The notes below the pieces were generated by a model. The model did no database searches. It saw only the letters and a list, made by a program, of their open reading frames with translations, and was not told where the DNA came from. Source: Vicugna vicugna (lineage: Eukaryota). Taken from it: a stretch of DNA of 64,000 nucleotides. The translations under genes were made by a program, and so were the position numbers. Below are positions 35,986-50,260 of the stretch, piece by piece. Positions within the stretch are counted from its first letter, which is position 1. Each line of letters begins with the position of its first letter. The DNA is taken from positions 4,882,793 to 4,946,792 of the forward strand of contig MU058423.1 in the NCBI GenBank assembly GCA_013265495.1, read 5' to 3'.

Positions 35986-38371
35986 ACCTCTATTCAATAG
36001 AGTATTTTTCACCTTATGCGAAATAACCATAGATAATTTTTATATGAAATAGAAATATGCCTAGAATAACTTACATATTGGTTGTAATTATTTACAAAAA
36101 TGTATGTAATCTTTCTCCTAAGGACATCACTTTGTGATAGTCGTTGAGAACAGTTGTCATACCCCCCAATTTTTTCCTTTTTAGCCTATGATCATCCTCA
36201 TTTTTTTTGTCCTTTGTATCATTTTTCACCTATGCATTTGTTCGAAATTTCAACATGTCCTTTATAGCGTGCTTACTGAACACAACATTACAAATGGGAC
36301 CATACAATTGTCTTTCATTTCCACTCTGTAGTCTGAAAACTGGCTTTTCTACAGTTGTGCAATGTCCTGTGCAATGTTTTCAGGGACTGTTTGAGGCTTG
36401 GGAGCAAGTTCTAAGACATAAGAAACCTTTGATTCAGTTCTGGGCACTCACTACAACTAATCAACTACATTTTCTTTATCATTCAGTTAATATGGGCACC
36501 AAATTAGGAGAATTAATATCCAGTTACTAATACAGAATGCCAGAGAACGTATCTAATACGAGAGAGGATGACGAGTACACAGGTTTCTCTGTACTGATGT
36601 TGCAAGTCTATGAATCTGAATTTTTTTCAAAATTAAAAGGGAAAAAGAAAGGGTAATTCCCAGTGTTGATGAGCAAGTGGATACAAGCAGATACTCTCTT
36701 ATAAAGTACCAGCAGGAGCCCAGCTGGCACAGCCTGTTAGTGCTAAATCTGTAGTCAGCATCCACGGCCTCAGAGATGTGTATACTGTGACTGTTCATTC
36801 CACACATAAAAAGTTGACCCTGAGGTAATCATGACAAATAATTAAAGATTTGTCTACATTTCTGTTATTTTAGTATTGCTTACAATATCAAAATGCTGAA
36901 AATCTTTCATCTTAGGGAATTGAATTAATAATTATAGCTATGGATAAATGTATTAAAGTGAAGATCAGAACACATATAGGAAACTTACATTATTTCTTAC
37001 AAAGCAAACATTACGTTTTATGAAATAAAATGAAAAATGAGGGTCAAATGTTTAAAGATAGACAGTAGTTCAACAAAAACAAAAGAACTGGGAGAGTCTT
37101 TAGCTTTTTATATTGAATGGAAAGAAAAGACAACAGAGAAAATCTTCCCCATATGATAGAGAAGGTAGCACTTATTTAAATAGAGTCTTATTGGGCCCTT
37201 TGTTCAGTTAAAAGAATCAGCTCATTAAAAGGTGCTGTGTGACTCATTATGTTGTATTTAGTTTCTTACCAACAGACTAAGATATTTCAAAGCACAACAG
37301 CTGAATGAACAAATATTTTTACACATAATAAATTTGCTTTGTGTCTGTGAAATATTATTTTTAGTCCTATGGTTCCCTTTTAATACAAAGCAGGATAAAT
37401 AATACTTTTTATTCCACATTGCTCTTCAGAAAAAAAATCACTAATATAATAGATAATTTCGACTATTAAATATATTCATAGTCACATTTCTAGTATTTCT
37501 TATCTCAGTTCTCAGCAACATCCCATGGGTGAATAGGAAATACCCATCATTTTTGGAGTTTTGCTCCATCAATACTTGTAAGTGCCCCCAATTACTTTCA
37601 TGTAGATAGTCTGACATTCCTTAGCCTCCACCAGTTTTGTCGTCCTATTCAGCTTTCCTCTAGGCCTGCAGGGTTAATAGCCCGCATCTCTCCAGCAGTC
37701 ACCGAGAAGGGATGGTGCCCCACTTCTGCTCAGAGACTTTGTCTGCCCTCTTCACCTGTCCTGCTCTGGCTGCTGCTGTATCGTCTGCTCTCTTTCTGCT
37801 CATTTCAGGACACTCTTTATACCATTTGCTGAGCAATCTGTACAACCAATATCCATATGGTCCTTGAATTCCTTTCCACCTTCTACATTCAACGCCACTT
37901 GGATCATGAAACATCACTTTCTCTGCAATAACAACCTGGGGGCAAGGCTCTTCATTCCCCGCATTCCCCTCCAAGCTGGTAGAAAATTGTCTTTCTGTGT
38001 CCACTTCTCTTGGGTAGGGTTCCCACAGCTTAGCTGCTTTGTGCCGTATATGACATATATATTATGTATAATATAGTATATTACTAATATATTATATTTA
38101 TATTTAAATTCTACCACAGTCAATGCTATTCCGGGACAGAGAGGTACTCAGGAATAGAAGGCCAAGTTGGAAAAACAAATCCAAACCCAAAAAACCTCCT
38201 AACATAAAGATAGAGCCACTGAATCACATTATTAAAGTGGTGCTGTGTGCTCAGTATTGTCTTAGTTGCTGTTGAGCAATCAAAGGAAATATAAGGGCAC
38301 ATCTTAAAACCATAAGGGATTTTCCATCTTGTTGAGAAGACAACATTTGCCCACAAAGCAGTAATTTGTAC

Positions 38372-38522
38372 TTGTGGTTCTAAATACAGATAAGCATCAG
38401 GTTTACCGGGTAGCTTCCTTAGTGCAGAAATGCAGGTGCCTGGTCTCCATTTAGACACACTAATTAGCATTTTCTGGAGTGGACTCAGGCATACGTATTT
38501 TCCACAGATCGCAGGAGGTGAT
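38372..38522. mobile_element. MER5-family MITE
   Basis: GTGGTTCTAAA...GCATCAGG...AAATGCAGGTGCCTGGTCTCCA...GGAGTGGACTCAGGCATACGTATTTT. Confidence 0.65.
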
Positions 38523-39962
38523 GGACAGTGTATAACTCACAAAAGGTTTGCCTTTTGTGCAGCTCCATCATAATACAATCAATGTGGTCCAAAGAAAGAG
38601 TCAGACACTTACTATGAGGTTAATGGAATGAGTGTCGGGAACTGGCCCTCAAGTTGGCCTGCTGAAATTCCTGAGTTCCGTTTATAGATCAAGCTTTACT
38701 TTTTTGCTGTCTGTTCAATGCCTTCTAGTTTTTCTTGTGGGTGTTGCCATAATTATAGGGAGGATCCAGTTTCTGGGCTGGTTGGCAGTTCCTGGTCGGT
38801 AGCAGACATTAGTAATTTCTGGGAGTTGGAACCCCTATCTCATTCAGGAAGATTTGGGCTGAAAGAATTTTGGGGGAACTAGGTTCTACCGTTTTCCAAC
38901 CCCAGCTTCCTAAGACAGAGTTACCTACCCTTTTCCCCTTCATACCTCATTTGTCCATCTCTGTCTTCTCTCCACGTGCAGAAGATAAGAAGTTTAGCAT
39001 GTGCCCATTTGAAATGTTCCAGTTAGCCATCAATTGTCTATGGCTTAAACATCTGAATTAGCAGCTATATGAAATTTTGTATTATCACAAATGAGTTGTC
39101 TTAGGGTATTACTATAATTTTATTCTAGAGAATTTTGCTTGTCTAGAATTCTTTGAATGTTTATTTCATATCTATATTAACATGCAAATATAAATAATAT
39201 AATAATATATAAACATGTATATATACACATACGCACACTTAAGAAATTTGATTTAAAGAAAAAATTCTTCCAAATAACTTCAATATGGACATTACTTACA
39301 ATGTAATCACTCCACAAGAATTCTAAGAATTGAATCATGGGCTCCTAAAATAAAAAGGCACGATTTCTTGGAAAGTGACTGGCATCTAAGAAGCAGAAAT
39401 CCAGGTGTAACAGCCAGGAGCACTCACTGAGTTTTGATTTGTTTGAGTTTATTAAATAAAAATATATCTATTGTCCCATCCTGTACAGACTCAAGCCACT
39501 CTTTAGGATGAGTGATTAATAAAAGCTTTACCTAAATCCATAAAGAGAAATTGGAGTCAAATCCTAATCCAAATACAAGCCCTGTTTTGCAAATTAGAAC
39601 CCAAATCCTAATCCTTCTGAGGCTTGAACATCACTGCTCGAAATGGCATTGCTGTTTTGCTTTAAAATCTAGGCTCTCACGACATCTTTAAAAAGAGACT
39701 GCTATTTCTTTGTATCATGAAACACAAAAGCTTTTAAATGATTTTTCCCTAAAATGTACTCATAAATAGAGCTGAATATTCAGCTTGCCTAAAAATGAGG
39801 AGGCATGTGTTTTAAAATACGGTTTAGCAGAAAACATCATTAAAATATTTTTAGTTCAGTATGAATCAGGTTTCAGGTACAATTTTCAGAGATGAGCTAG
39901 AACTGATATGAGGCCAGTCGTTTATGTAAATGATCTCCCTAAATTGATGGTAATTCTTAAGG

Positions 39963-40422
39963 TGTATCAGTTAAGATTAGCTTCAGCTAATATAAAAGTG
40001 AGGTGTGTCTTTTGATTCCTTTTGATTAAAATAATTACAGGGATAGAAAATCCAGGACTGCGAGAATGGCCCCAGGTAACTTCCAGCTCAGTTGCTGCAC
40101 CGTCACTTTCTGTGGCTTCTGTTCCTGTGATTCAGATCATCTGCTAGAACCTCAGTCTCCCAGCCACATTCCAGGTGGCAGACGGAGAAATGAAAGCGGT
40201 GGAGAAAAGCGATACTTCTTACCTTTTCGAGTAAGCGCCTCACAGAAGCATCACTTAACAATATAACCCTTCCCTTTATAAAACTAAGTCATTCAGTTAC
40301 AACTAGTGACAAAGGGGGCTGGGGATTGAAATGGGAAAGCCATGTGCCTAGATCATTATTATTTTTTAATTAAAGAACAAGGGGAAAATACATGTTAGAA
40401 GATAACCTGCAGCTTCTGCCAC
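39963..40422 (-). mobile_element. Old MaLR LTR (MLT1I/J-like)
   Basis: TGTATCAGTTAAGATTAGCTTCAGCT...CACATTCCAGGTGGCAG...AAAGGGGGCTGGGGA...GCAGCTTCTGCCAC. Confidence 0.65.
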
Positions 40423-42469
40423 TGAAGTGCAGTGTAATCGCGTTTAAGACAGGTAAGATAACATTTGTTGTTCCCTGGGCCTGGTTTGATGGATCTATGC
40501 GTGTACTGCCCTTCTAGTCATACTCCTGGACTATAATGGGTCTGAAATAGACTTTGACTTCTCCTTCCCTGATATGGCAAACTTTGACTCATCTTTAAAT
40601 ATTTAAATAAAATGTTTTCTCCCCTCGGAAAGCTTTCCTTCATCACCAGGTTCTATTCTGCGAAGAACGACCGGCTCCCTCCTCTGTATTCCTATGGTGT
40701 ATTTTGTGTATTTGTTGAAGTGGAGATGTGATGCCAGTATGGCCACAAGTTGCTGCTCAAAACTGTCTGAGTGGTTATAGTTCGTCAGCTTTTACGTGGT
40801 TCTCACAAAAGATAACCTGTGAGGTAAGATTCCTGACTCTGCTTAGTCAAAATACAGGAATCACAGTAGGTCTGATCTCAGTCACAACGTGTCTCCCACT
40901 GTACGCTAAGAATCCCAAACCAGGCTGAAAACAGCTTTGGTCTAAGTCTGATGTCAGGATTCCATGTGTTAAGTGTGTTTCTCGTTGGTCCACTTGATTC
41001 TAAGGATTCTCTAAACTCACTGTATTCGAACTGTGTTTACTTATCCCCCTCAAATGCTTGTTTCTTTTTACCTTTCCAAACTCTAGACTGTTTCTCTTGC
41101 AAGGATCTAGAATATTTACATATTTCATTTTTTAAATACTAAGGACCTAACTTGGATCCACTACCTCCTTACATATGCAACAGCTACAAACCTGAATCAG
41201 GCAATTTTGTTAGTGAAATTGATTACTATTTTTAATTTTGCTGGGAAACATAAACTGGACCCTCTCAGGCAAATGAGGACATGTGGGAACCCTAGAAATA
41301 ATGGAGAACCTAGCATACTGAAATCTTTGAGGAAGTATTTGTGGTTACTCTTCCACTGGGCAGTATTTTGGAATAAATTGTAGCAGGAGACCCCAATAGC
41401 CACAAAAAAAAAAAAAAAGAGTTAATATTTAAAAAAAAAAAACCTCTCTAAGAAGGAGGGCCAAAGAAATATTATAAAGGCATTCTGTGACACAGGCATG
41501 AACTGTTTGAGACTGTAACAGCTCCCCAGACTAAGGTGTTATAAACTTGATAAGACACGTTGAGAATTTTTACCTCTGTTTTTATTTTTTTGTTTGTTTT
41601 TCTTTTTGTGCAAAGTCATGGGGCAGATTATATTAAATAGCCAGGCTTCAGCATTGCCAGAACCAAGAGCTAATTTGTACACCACAGCTGTAGCTTTAGA
41701 ACCAAAGGAAAGCCTTTATATGTGTTTACTGCAGTGGGGAGAATAAAAGGCAGGGACAGCCATCTCAGCTGCACCAAATTTTACATATACGTGTGTGAAT
41801 TTGTATATAATATACATGTACTTCCCCATGTGTTAGTAATCAGTAGTTATTTATGACAAAATTTTGTAAGCAAATCTGATGTAATTTTTTAGGGAGAGGC
41901 TTCATTATGACAATAATTAATTTTACTTTTTATCTACTCTATATTTCTACATTTTAATGCCCCCCGAACACAGAAAACCACTCTAAAAATCTAGCATCTT
42001 AGAATAAAAAATACAGTGTTTAAAATAATGATTTAAAGAAAGGAATTTGGTGCCAATATGCACGTTTTTATAATTATCCCAGGAAAGTTCCTAAGGGTTC
42101 CAAACTGCCTGAAGTTCCATTAATCTGGGCTAGGCTAAATTAAACATAAGATAGTTCAGCTGTGTTTGTTTTTAATTTGCAAAGGAATTTAGTGTTCCCG
42201 AAAGTGAGGGACTAGCAAAGCAGGCTTCAATCAATCAGGAATATTTTGGGCGTCTCTGCCAGCAGCATTAATGGGAAGGACCTGCTGTTATAACCCGCAG
42301 GCTCTTTGGCAGGTCCTGAAACAGGGAAAAGGGAAATTTGTAAGAGAATACGAAGCCTAAAAGCTGGTCAGAGAAAGAGGTGGTAAAACTAGTATATGAA
42401 ATATTTAGCTAAGATGAGAGGGTTCTAGAGTCGAAAGAGACATTCAGAGAGTCACAAGGTTTTAATGAA

Positions 42470-44950
42470 ATATTATTTTACAGTGAATCTATAACTGCAT
42501 TCATTTAACACAGGCACAAAATTGAAAATTTCAAGTCTTACTACGAAACCTGTTAAGAACACATTTCTGTTCTCCCTGACCTCTGTCATGTTACCCAGCA
42601 ACAGATTTTAACTTATTTAGTATTTCCTTCTGTTAGTTAGCACTTTGCTTCTAAATACTAAACTTTTACTACCTTCTTAGCTTATAAGTGTCAGGCATTA
42701 GCCAACTACAGACTATTGTGAAAAATAACAATTGTCCTCACCACCTCTCCACTATCTTTGGGAGACTTATAGTAGGGATCTAGTTAAATAAATACTATGA
42801 TTTTGTAAATGGAATTCACTTCTGAGCCAAGTAAGTACAGTGCGATTTTTTTCTTACACATGTTATTATTCTTCTGGTAACTAATATTTGTCTTTTTTTA
42901 ATTCACTTAATTTTTATTTATAGTGAATCTTCCATAACGCTCAGACTCATGCTTTAAACTCATCTTGATAATATTTTACAAGCGGTCCAATACATGAAAT
43001 AATTTATCAGTTCTATTTATTTTTCTAACCATCTCTTTTCCTATAGACATCTGATCCACTCATGAATTTATATTGGCTTCCGGGCCTGATGCACAACTAT
43101 TATTCTGAGACTTCTTTTACTGCTGTCCTTTGGTGGAATTCTTGATTCTGGCTTCCCAATATCTTCTTTCTTCATTTATATTCTTATTTTAAGGCAGCAT
43201 GCCTTCCAGGAATTTCTTTAAAAAGAATGCATGGATGTCTAGCAAAACAAAAACAAAAATGGGACAATTCTGAAGTTCTAAAAATACTTTCGTTCTACCC
43301 TCACACTTAAATGTTAGCTTGGCTTCTAAAATACTCGAAGTTAAAAATACTTCCCCTCAAATTTGTGAAAGCATTGTTTTATCTTTTTTCCAATGTGTTG
43401 TTTATAACACCTGATGCCATTCCAATTCCTGACACTTTATATGTAAACCCTTCCCACCCCACCTTCAAAACTCTTACAATAATTGTATTAATAATCAATT
43501 CTTGATTACTCACTGTAAGATACTACTTCATGAACTTTGTGTGCATTTAATAATAATCTAATCCTCACAATGACCTTAGGTGATAGATAGTGTCGATATC
43601 AACCCCATTTTACAGATGAGGAAACTGAGCACTGACTCCAAGTGAACTGTCTGAAGTCATGCAGCTGATAAGTGGAGCAGATGGGTGGTGAGTCCAGGCA
43701 CTCTGGAGCTAGACTCCATATGTGTAACCGCCATACCATCTTTCCCAGGTGTTCTGAAATGAGTATGTGGAATTTCAGTTTAGAGAAAACCATCAGTTAT
43801 GGGAAACTATTGCATGGTTTGTTTTCTTCATTTTCTTTATTTTATTAGTTGAATTTTGGATACTCTTGGTTGTCTCTAATTTTTTCATACTGCTTTTAAC
43901 ATTAAAAAAATAGTTTTGTTCTGCTTTTTGGAAAATTCTGTGGGTGATTCAACCTTTCCATTGCCATTATTATTATTAATAGTAGTAGTAGTTAATTTCA
44001 GTGATCATGATTTTAATTTGCAAGGGTCATTTCCTGTTTCCTGGTTATTCCTTTTAAATTAATAGCACCCTGCATTTGTTTCATAGATGGAATATCTTCT
44101 CCTTTCTTTGAAGATACAGATGATACACTTAGATTTCCTGCTCCCTACTTGGTTTCTATTTCCCCTAAGTTTCTTTCTTCTACTGTGTGCTTTGGTCTCT
44201 CTTTTTCAGGCTGAAGTCTTTCCTCAAATGACTGGGGCTTATTGACTGTTACCACAGATGTCCTAGGGATGAGCAAATTTGATCATTGGAGGGAACCTCC
44301 AACATTGCTTTTAGAATAATTGAGTTTTTCAAGAAAATAATTCTTCAGCCTCCTGCTTGGGGTTCTGAAGTGGGTGTTCTGGTAGTTAGGATGAAGGATG
44401 GACACTGCGGGGGCTAGTGGTCCCACGGTTCGGTTCCAGACCTTCACATATTCTACTTTTAGCCTTGTACGTCAACCCTCTACTAAGCCTAGTGTCCTTG
44501 AGGCTGAAATCTGTCAGTGTTACCACTTCCAGAAACATAAGAATGTGTTTCATATGCATGTTTTGAGAGATGAGGAAGAGGTGGGTATTAGTCACCTGAC
44601 TATGTTTGCAATTTTTTTTTTTTAATGGTTTCTCTGTTTTGAGCTCCATACCTATTTGTTGCCTCACTGGGATTTTAGCCACAAATTGATTCATTTCTTG
44701 TGGATATCTTCCTCTGTAAGCAATTAGACTAGCTTCCTTCTAAGGCATTTTCCATTCCTCCATGTGCTTTCTAACCTACAGCAATTTCCTGAAGTCCTTT
44801 ATCCACTGGCTTTTTTTTTCCTGTTCTCTTAATTTCTTTTCCCCTTATGGATAGATTTATTTGTTTTACCATTAATATTGTCTTTACTCTTAGATTAGTG
44901 GAATTTTAGGAAGAGTAGATATAAATGTAAAAAAAATCAATGTATGTTTT
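42470..44950 (-). mobile_element. Ancient L1 (L1ME-like) remnants
   Basis: T-rich degraded L1-like text, for example CTTTCGTTCTACCCTCACACTTAAATGTTAGCTTGGCT...CTTCCCCTCAAATTTGTGAAAGCATTG. Confidence 0.5.
43490..43742 (-). mobile_element. Near full-length MIR
   Basis: TAATCCTCACAATGACC...CCCCATTTTACAGATGAGGAAACTGAG...GAAGTCATGCAGCTGATAAGTGG...GACTCCA. Confidence 0.9.
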
Positions 44951-46089
44951 TTAAATGTTTCTATTTTTAATATTGATGTGTATACTCTGCAGGTAAGATG
45001 ACTAAGTGTATAACAAAGGATATACCAGACATATAATTAGAGTCATGTACACGTGGCTGTATAATACATGATTGAAGTAGTAAAACCCTCCACTGTTTTT
45101 CTTCTTTTCTTTTTGTCAACTAGTTAATGAAGATTTCATAGGGACATGGACTGGGACCTTTGTTCTGGCGATAATGAGAGATATAACCTGACATATATCA
45201 AAATGCATTTAGGCAAAGGATGAGAAATGGCTCACCAAGGAGGACAAATTGCAAGGAAATAAGATGACATCAGAATGATGAGGTAAGTGGAGAGGAGTGC
45301 AGAACAGACGGAGAATCTTGATGCCAGTGGCTCTCATATGGAATATAGAATTGCATGACTTGATCAATCACTGTTACGGAGAAGCATAACATAATTACTA
45401 AATTCATCCTCACTATTGCTGATACCATGTTACTAGCAGGTTATCCCCAGTATCATTCTTTTGTCTCGTATTTGTACCTGTCCCCAGATTTCCCTGAGAT
45501 GTCCTTTTTCCCCTTTAAGGGAAAAATCTCCATTTCCAGAGTGAGTTTGCCAAGGTTAAGAAGAAAAGTTGGGTAAGATAAAGAAATTTTAGGGGAAGGT
45601 GAAGATGTATGGGAATGTAACAAATGTAAGGGGCGTTTAGGTATATTAGGGAGCAATTAAATTTCTTTAAACACCTCCAGCACTCCTTCCCTTGATTTCA
45701 TGTTAGACTCAATGTCACTGAGAGAAGAATGAAACACTGTACTATTGTATTTTGCCAGGAGGGGTGTATTTGAAATCTGTGATAGTAGAACAGATACGCT
45801 AAGCAATAGGCTGATTACATCTCAATCATGGCAATTTTCAGACACAGCAGATCCATGTTTAGGACTCCAGTATGTGTTAGGATAGGAATCGATGGGCAAG
45901 TTGTCTCCTAGTTGTATCCTGAGGCTTAGAAGGAGAGTAATGGACAGAGGAAATAAAATGGTAAAGGGCTGTCAGATCCGGGAAAATTCATGTTAATAGT
46001 TAAGTATAGGGTACATTCCAAATTATGTGGCTATGGAATCACAGAGCTTGAGGAAGTTTTTTGATATCTACAGCTTACCTGTGTTTTAT

Positions 46090-46310
46090 AGATAATAATA
46101 AATCAACTTTTTACTTCACATTGGATAATACTCTAAGTATTTATAACCCTTGACTCATTTAATACCCTCAGCAATTCTAAGAAGTATACAGGTGAGGAAA
46201 TTGAGTCACAGAGAGACAGGCAGTTTGCCCTAGGTTACACCGCTATGGATATTAAAACCAGGAATAGAATCTATAGAGTCTGGTCCCAAAAACTTATCCA
46301 CATGCATTTA
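46090..46310 (-). mobile_element. MIR
   Basis: TACAGGTGAGGAAATTGAGTCACAGAGAG...TTTGCCCTAGGTTACAC. Confidence 0.75.
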
Positions 46311-46599
46311 ATTGCTAGACATTTCCTCTCTTGGAAGGAACAAACACCCAAAGATGAAAAAGGACTCGGAGAGTTAATAACACAGCAGGACCAAACTACG
46401 TTTTCAGTCATGATTAATGATTTTAAACATTGGTACTCATGGCAATTGAACGTGATCAGAACCTATGACTCTTTTCATGGCACCAGCTTTGCATGTTAGT
46501 GTTATTTATTCATTACTTTTCAGTAATGGTATTGGCTCCCCCTAAATTAAACCTAAATATGGGACCACTGATTAAAGAAAAAAGTATGTTTATTTGTAT

Positions 46600-46850
46600 A
46601 ACAACCATTATTTTCTAACACTTGTTGCCTTTTATATGCCAGGCAATATGCTAGATAATTTTTTTCCGTTTTCTTACTTAATTCTCACAATATCATTGTT
46701 GCAAGTATTATTACATGTATTTTGCACTTGTGGAAACTTAAGGACGGAGGTTTAGAAACTTACGCTAGATCACAAAACAATTCAATTGCAGCGTTAGCCA
46801 TCAAGCCCTGCTCTTTCAAAAAGCCCTTTTATCACAGTGTACCTTGACTC
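46600..46850 (-). mobile_element. MIR
   Basis: TATATGCCAGGCAATATGCTAG...TTAATTCTCACAA...GGAAACTTAAGGACGGAGGTTTAGAAACTT. Confidence 0.7.
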
Positions 46851-49229
46851 TTTATAACTATTACCAGTGAAAATTCATTTTGATTTTCAATATGTACCAG
46901 TTCTGTTAGTTAAAAAATAAAATGCATTCATTTGTGGGACTATAATTTGGCCTTTTGCTATTTAAAAAATTGCTATTTAAAAAAACTTGTCAATACAAAG
47001 CAAAACAATGACATTCCCTGTGTGACATGCATTGTTGGGTGCACATTATCATTTCTGAGTTTCTATGCATATTTTATCCTTATTAAAAAACGTATGCGCA
47101 GCTAACGTTTACTCAAGAGATGAATTATTTTGCAAGTGAAAAATGATAATTGTTCTATTCAGTCACATTTCAACCTTCCCATCACCAAAAGGGAGTCTTT
47201 TGCTAGACTCTTTTGCAACAATGTTTTTTTAAAGCTCTCCAGCCAGCTTTAATGATTGTAAAATATTTAGGTATTTTTTTAAATGTTGGAGACCAAATAG
47301 AATAATGCATGAAAGCAATAAATAAATAAGCAGACAAATCACATCTAAAGACCAACAGATAGTGGGGCTTTTACAGAAGGATCGACCACAGAGGTTTTAA
47401 AATCCGTTTGATAGTTTTTATTTGTGGTGGAGAGATTATTAAACAGGTGAACCTCTGCCCTCGGCAGAGTGCAGAGGAAGCAGTGATGAACGGTATCAGC
47501 AAAACAGCGAGACATGGTGACCACAGTTAAAAATATTGAGATTTCTGGAAGGAACATATAGTGAAGCTACTCAATCTCTGGCTATCCCCCACACCCCAAA
47601 TTATCTGTGGGCGTACCTTCCCCAGGGGAAATTGTGCTCTTTGAATAATCAGGCATGTTCTGCCTCATCACTGTCTGCAATCTGGAGCGGTTCCTGAAAG
47701 GTTGGCTGGAAACAGCACTCGTAAAGGGTTTATGAAACTCACTCATCAGGACAGAGTTGGGTCACACTGACACCACGCTCTTTGACTGTAGACATGTCCG
47801 ACTCTGTTGAAATGAAGGGTTTACAAGAGGGGATGCTTTTGATTTTGAATTCCTTTCTCACTCTCTTTCCTTTCTCTTGCGGTAATGCTTTTTGTATTTT
47901 TCGAAACTGTCCACGTTGGCATTTATACGAATGTCTGTGAGTTTTTTCCAGTAAGTAATCTTCTGCACTTTAATCATCTTTATTTTAAAAAAATTCCTAA
48001 TACGTCTAATTTTTGACACACAATTTTTATTGATTACTAATTCATTTGGCAAACATGCCACCTTAGTCTTCATATTAATATGTTCATTGAAAATGACATA
48101 GAAGAAAGGGCATTTAGACCTACAGAGAATTAATTAGCATATAATTCTCAGTATATCATCTAGTGTTAATTAGCAGTTAAACTATCTTCTTGGGCATGAC
48201 CTGCTGACTTCAATACAGTGTTCTATTTTGGAGACTCTAGGGGAAAAAAAACTTGAAAGGATATTCAGTCTTCATTTAAAAAAAAAAAAGAAATACGGGA
48301 TCAGAGCTCCACTTCTCCTGTGCTTTAACTCGTATATATTTTCCTCATTTTGTTCCTTTCTTAAATCTGTGTCATGGGCATTCTGTCTTACTCTTCTAAT
48401 AACAATAACATAGCAGCCAGACCACTACTAGCTGTTAAGAGTGAAATAAGTATTCACAGAAAATTTTTTAACAGTTAGAACTTTTTTCTTATTCACAACT
48501 TTTAGAGAACTATGACCATGATTGCTAGATAAATCTGTGTTTGAATTCATCTTACTGTTTTCTGTTTTCTCACATTTTAATACACGTATGTTTTAGTGGC
48601 ATACAGCTCTTTGAGGCAAAGCAATTCATTGAGAAATCTGGCAAGTCATCAATGACAAATTCTGAATTCTTAAAAATGTTTCATTACTGCTAACGCAATG
48701 ATTGTGTATCTGGGAGTTTTGTTTATGTACATAAAGAAATAAACTCATTTGAACCATTGCTACAGAAGGAAAAACTTTTAGCACATTGATTGATATATAT
48801 ATATATTCATCATAATAGATGATTGTAAGAGTGGCTGAATCATTCAAATTTATCTTTGAAATACATAATTAAATATGTACATATCTAAAATGTCAGACAT
48901 TCAGAACCCTTTAAAAAGTAAAGAAATGGCATTTCTATCTATTTAAAAAACGCTCGCATGCCAGCCAGGCCTGCTGACTCAGCATTCATGGGGCATCCTG
49001 TCCTCACTAGCCTTCCTCCACCAGCTTCAGGCCTGGTCCTCCTCACGCTGGAACCAAAACCTGGTCTCTGTGTCTGTCTCTTTCGTGACTATCACTTTGG
49101 TTGACAGCTGTCTTAGGCTGGTAATAAGACCAAGGAAGTCAAAATACATCATTTCTAAAAAGCTTTCATGGCTTTTGGATTTATAATCATACTGAGAAGG
49201 GGTTCATCATTAAATTATCTTCTTCACCA

Positions 49230-49469
49230 AAAAGAGCAGCTTACGTTTGGACAATTCGCGAAGTATTTTCACATACGTTATCTCATTTGATTCTCACAGA
49301 AACTCGGAGCAGGTATAATTACTGTCATTTTACAAATGAAGAGAGTCTCAGAGAAATTCAATGGCTTCCCAAGGTAGCAAAGCTAGATAGATGGATGGTG
49401 GTGACATCAAGAATAACACTTAGGTTTTTGATTTCTGCAACCAATTGTTTTCTCACTTTATTGCTCTTC
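49230..49469 (-). mobile_element. MIR
   Basis: TTATCTCATTTGATTCTCACAG...CATTTTACAAATGAAGAGAGTCTCAGAGA...CTTCCCAAGGTAGCA. Confidence 0.8.
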
Positions 49470-49485
49470 AGGATATAGACCTCAA

Positions 49486-49574
49486 GGGGAGGGCATAGCT
49501 CAGTGGTAGGGTGTGTACCTAGCGTGCACAAGGTCCTGGGTTCAATCCCCAGTACCTCCGTTAAGAAGTAAATA
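49486..49574 (+). mobile_element. Full-length camelid vic-1-like tRNA-derived SINE
   Basis: GGGGAGGGCATAGCTCAGTGGTAGGG...GGTCCTGGGTTCAATCCCCAGTACCTCC contains A and B boxes and is flanked by a perfect 16-bp TSD, AGGATATAGACCTCAA, at 49470-49485 and 49575-49590. Confidence 0.95.
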
Positions 49575-50084
49575 AGGATATAGACCTCAAACCCTGTATT
49601 TTACTGACTCCCCTTGGGCTGGAGGACTTGGGAGATAATAAGGCAGCAGGGAAGGTGAGGAAATGAAGAGTGGAAAGAAAGCTGATCTGGAATGAATTTA
49701 ATATAAAGTTCCTATCACACGACATCCCTGCATCCCAGGGCATGTTCCTTTCCAAGATCATTCCTCCTATTACTCCTTAATGGTGCTTTTAAAAAGAACT
49801 GAGATGTTTTCATCTTCATTTTATAAAGGAATAGAAATGGGCTCCTGATTTGTCTGAGAATGAGGCCTCATTCTAAATATCCTCAATGTGAACCCTAATT
49901 TCCTATGTTGCATATTTAAATTTATACATTTTTTAGGTAAGGTTCTGGAAAATATGAAAAGTGCAATATTTGTACAATCAGCCCCATCACTTTGAGTCGA
50001 TTAGAAACTTGAATGACATGTATTACAAATTCTTTACACATCGAGCTTTGTGTTTTTAGGGCTGTCCCCTCGGGACAGAATAAA

Positions 50085-50260
50085 AGCTCAGGGCACTGAC
50101 TCTGGCTTCAGATGGCATAGGTGCAAAGCCATGTTCTGCCAGTTGCTAGAATCTTGACTTCCAGCAAGACAACTGATGTCTCTGTGTCTTAGTCTGTTTT
50201 AAAAATTAAGTGAGGTAGTACACTTGTAATTAATCAATACACACTGGCTATTACTTTTAC
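50085..50260 (+). mobile_element. MIR fragment
   Basis: GGGCACTGACTCTGGCTTCAGATGGC...TCTGCCAGTTGCTAG...TCTCTGTGTCTTAGT. Confidence 0.6.

Noticed and set aside
49486..49560. tRNA gene
   Set aside because: The tRNA-like A and B boxes belong to a SINE with an A-rich tail and TSD.
49857..49874. Perfect 18-bp palindrome (also a near-perfect 20-mer at 34191-34210 and a 16-mer near 39770)
   Set aside because: Palindromes of this length are expected by chance in 64 kb of AT-rich DNA.
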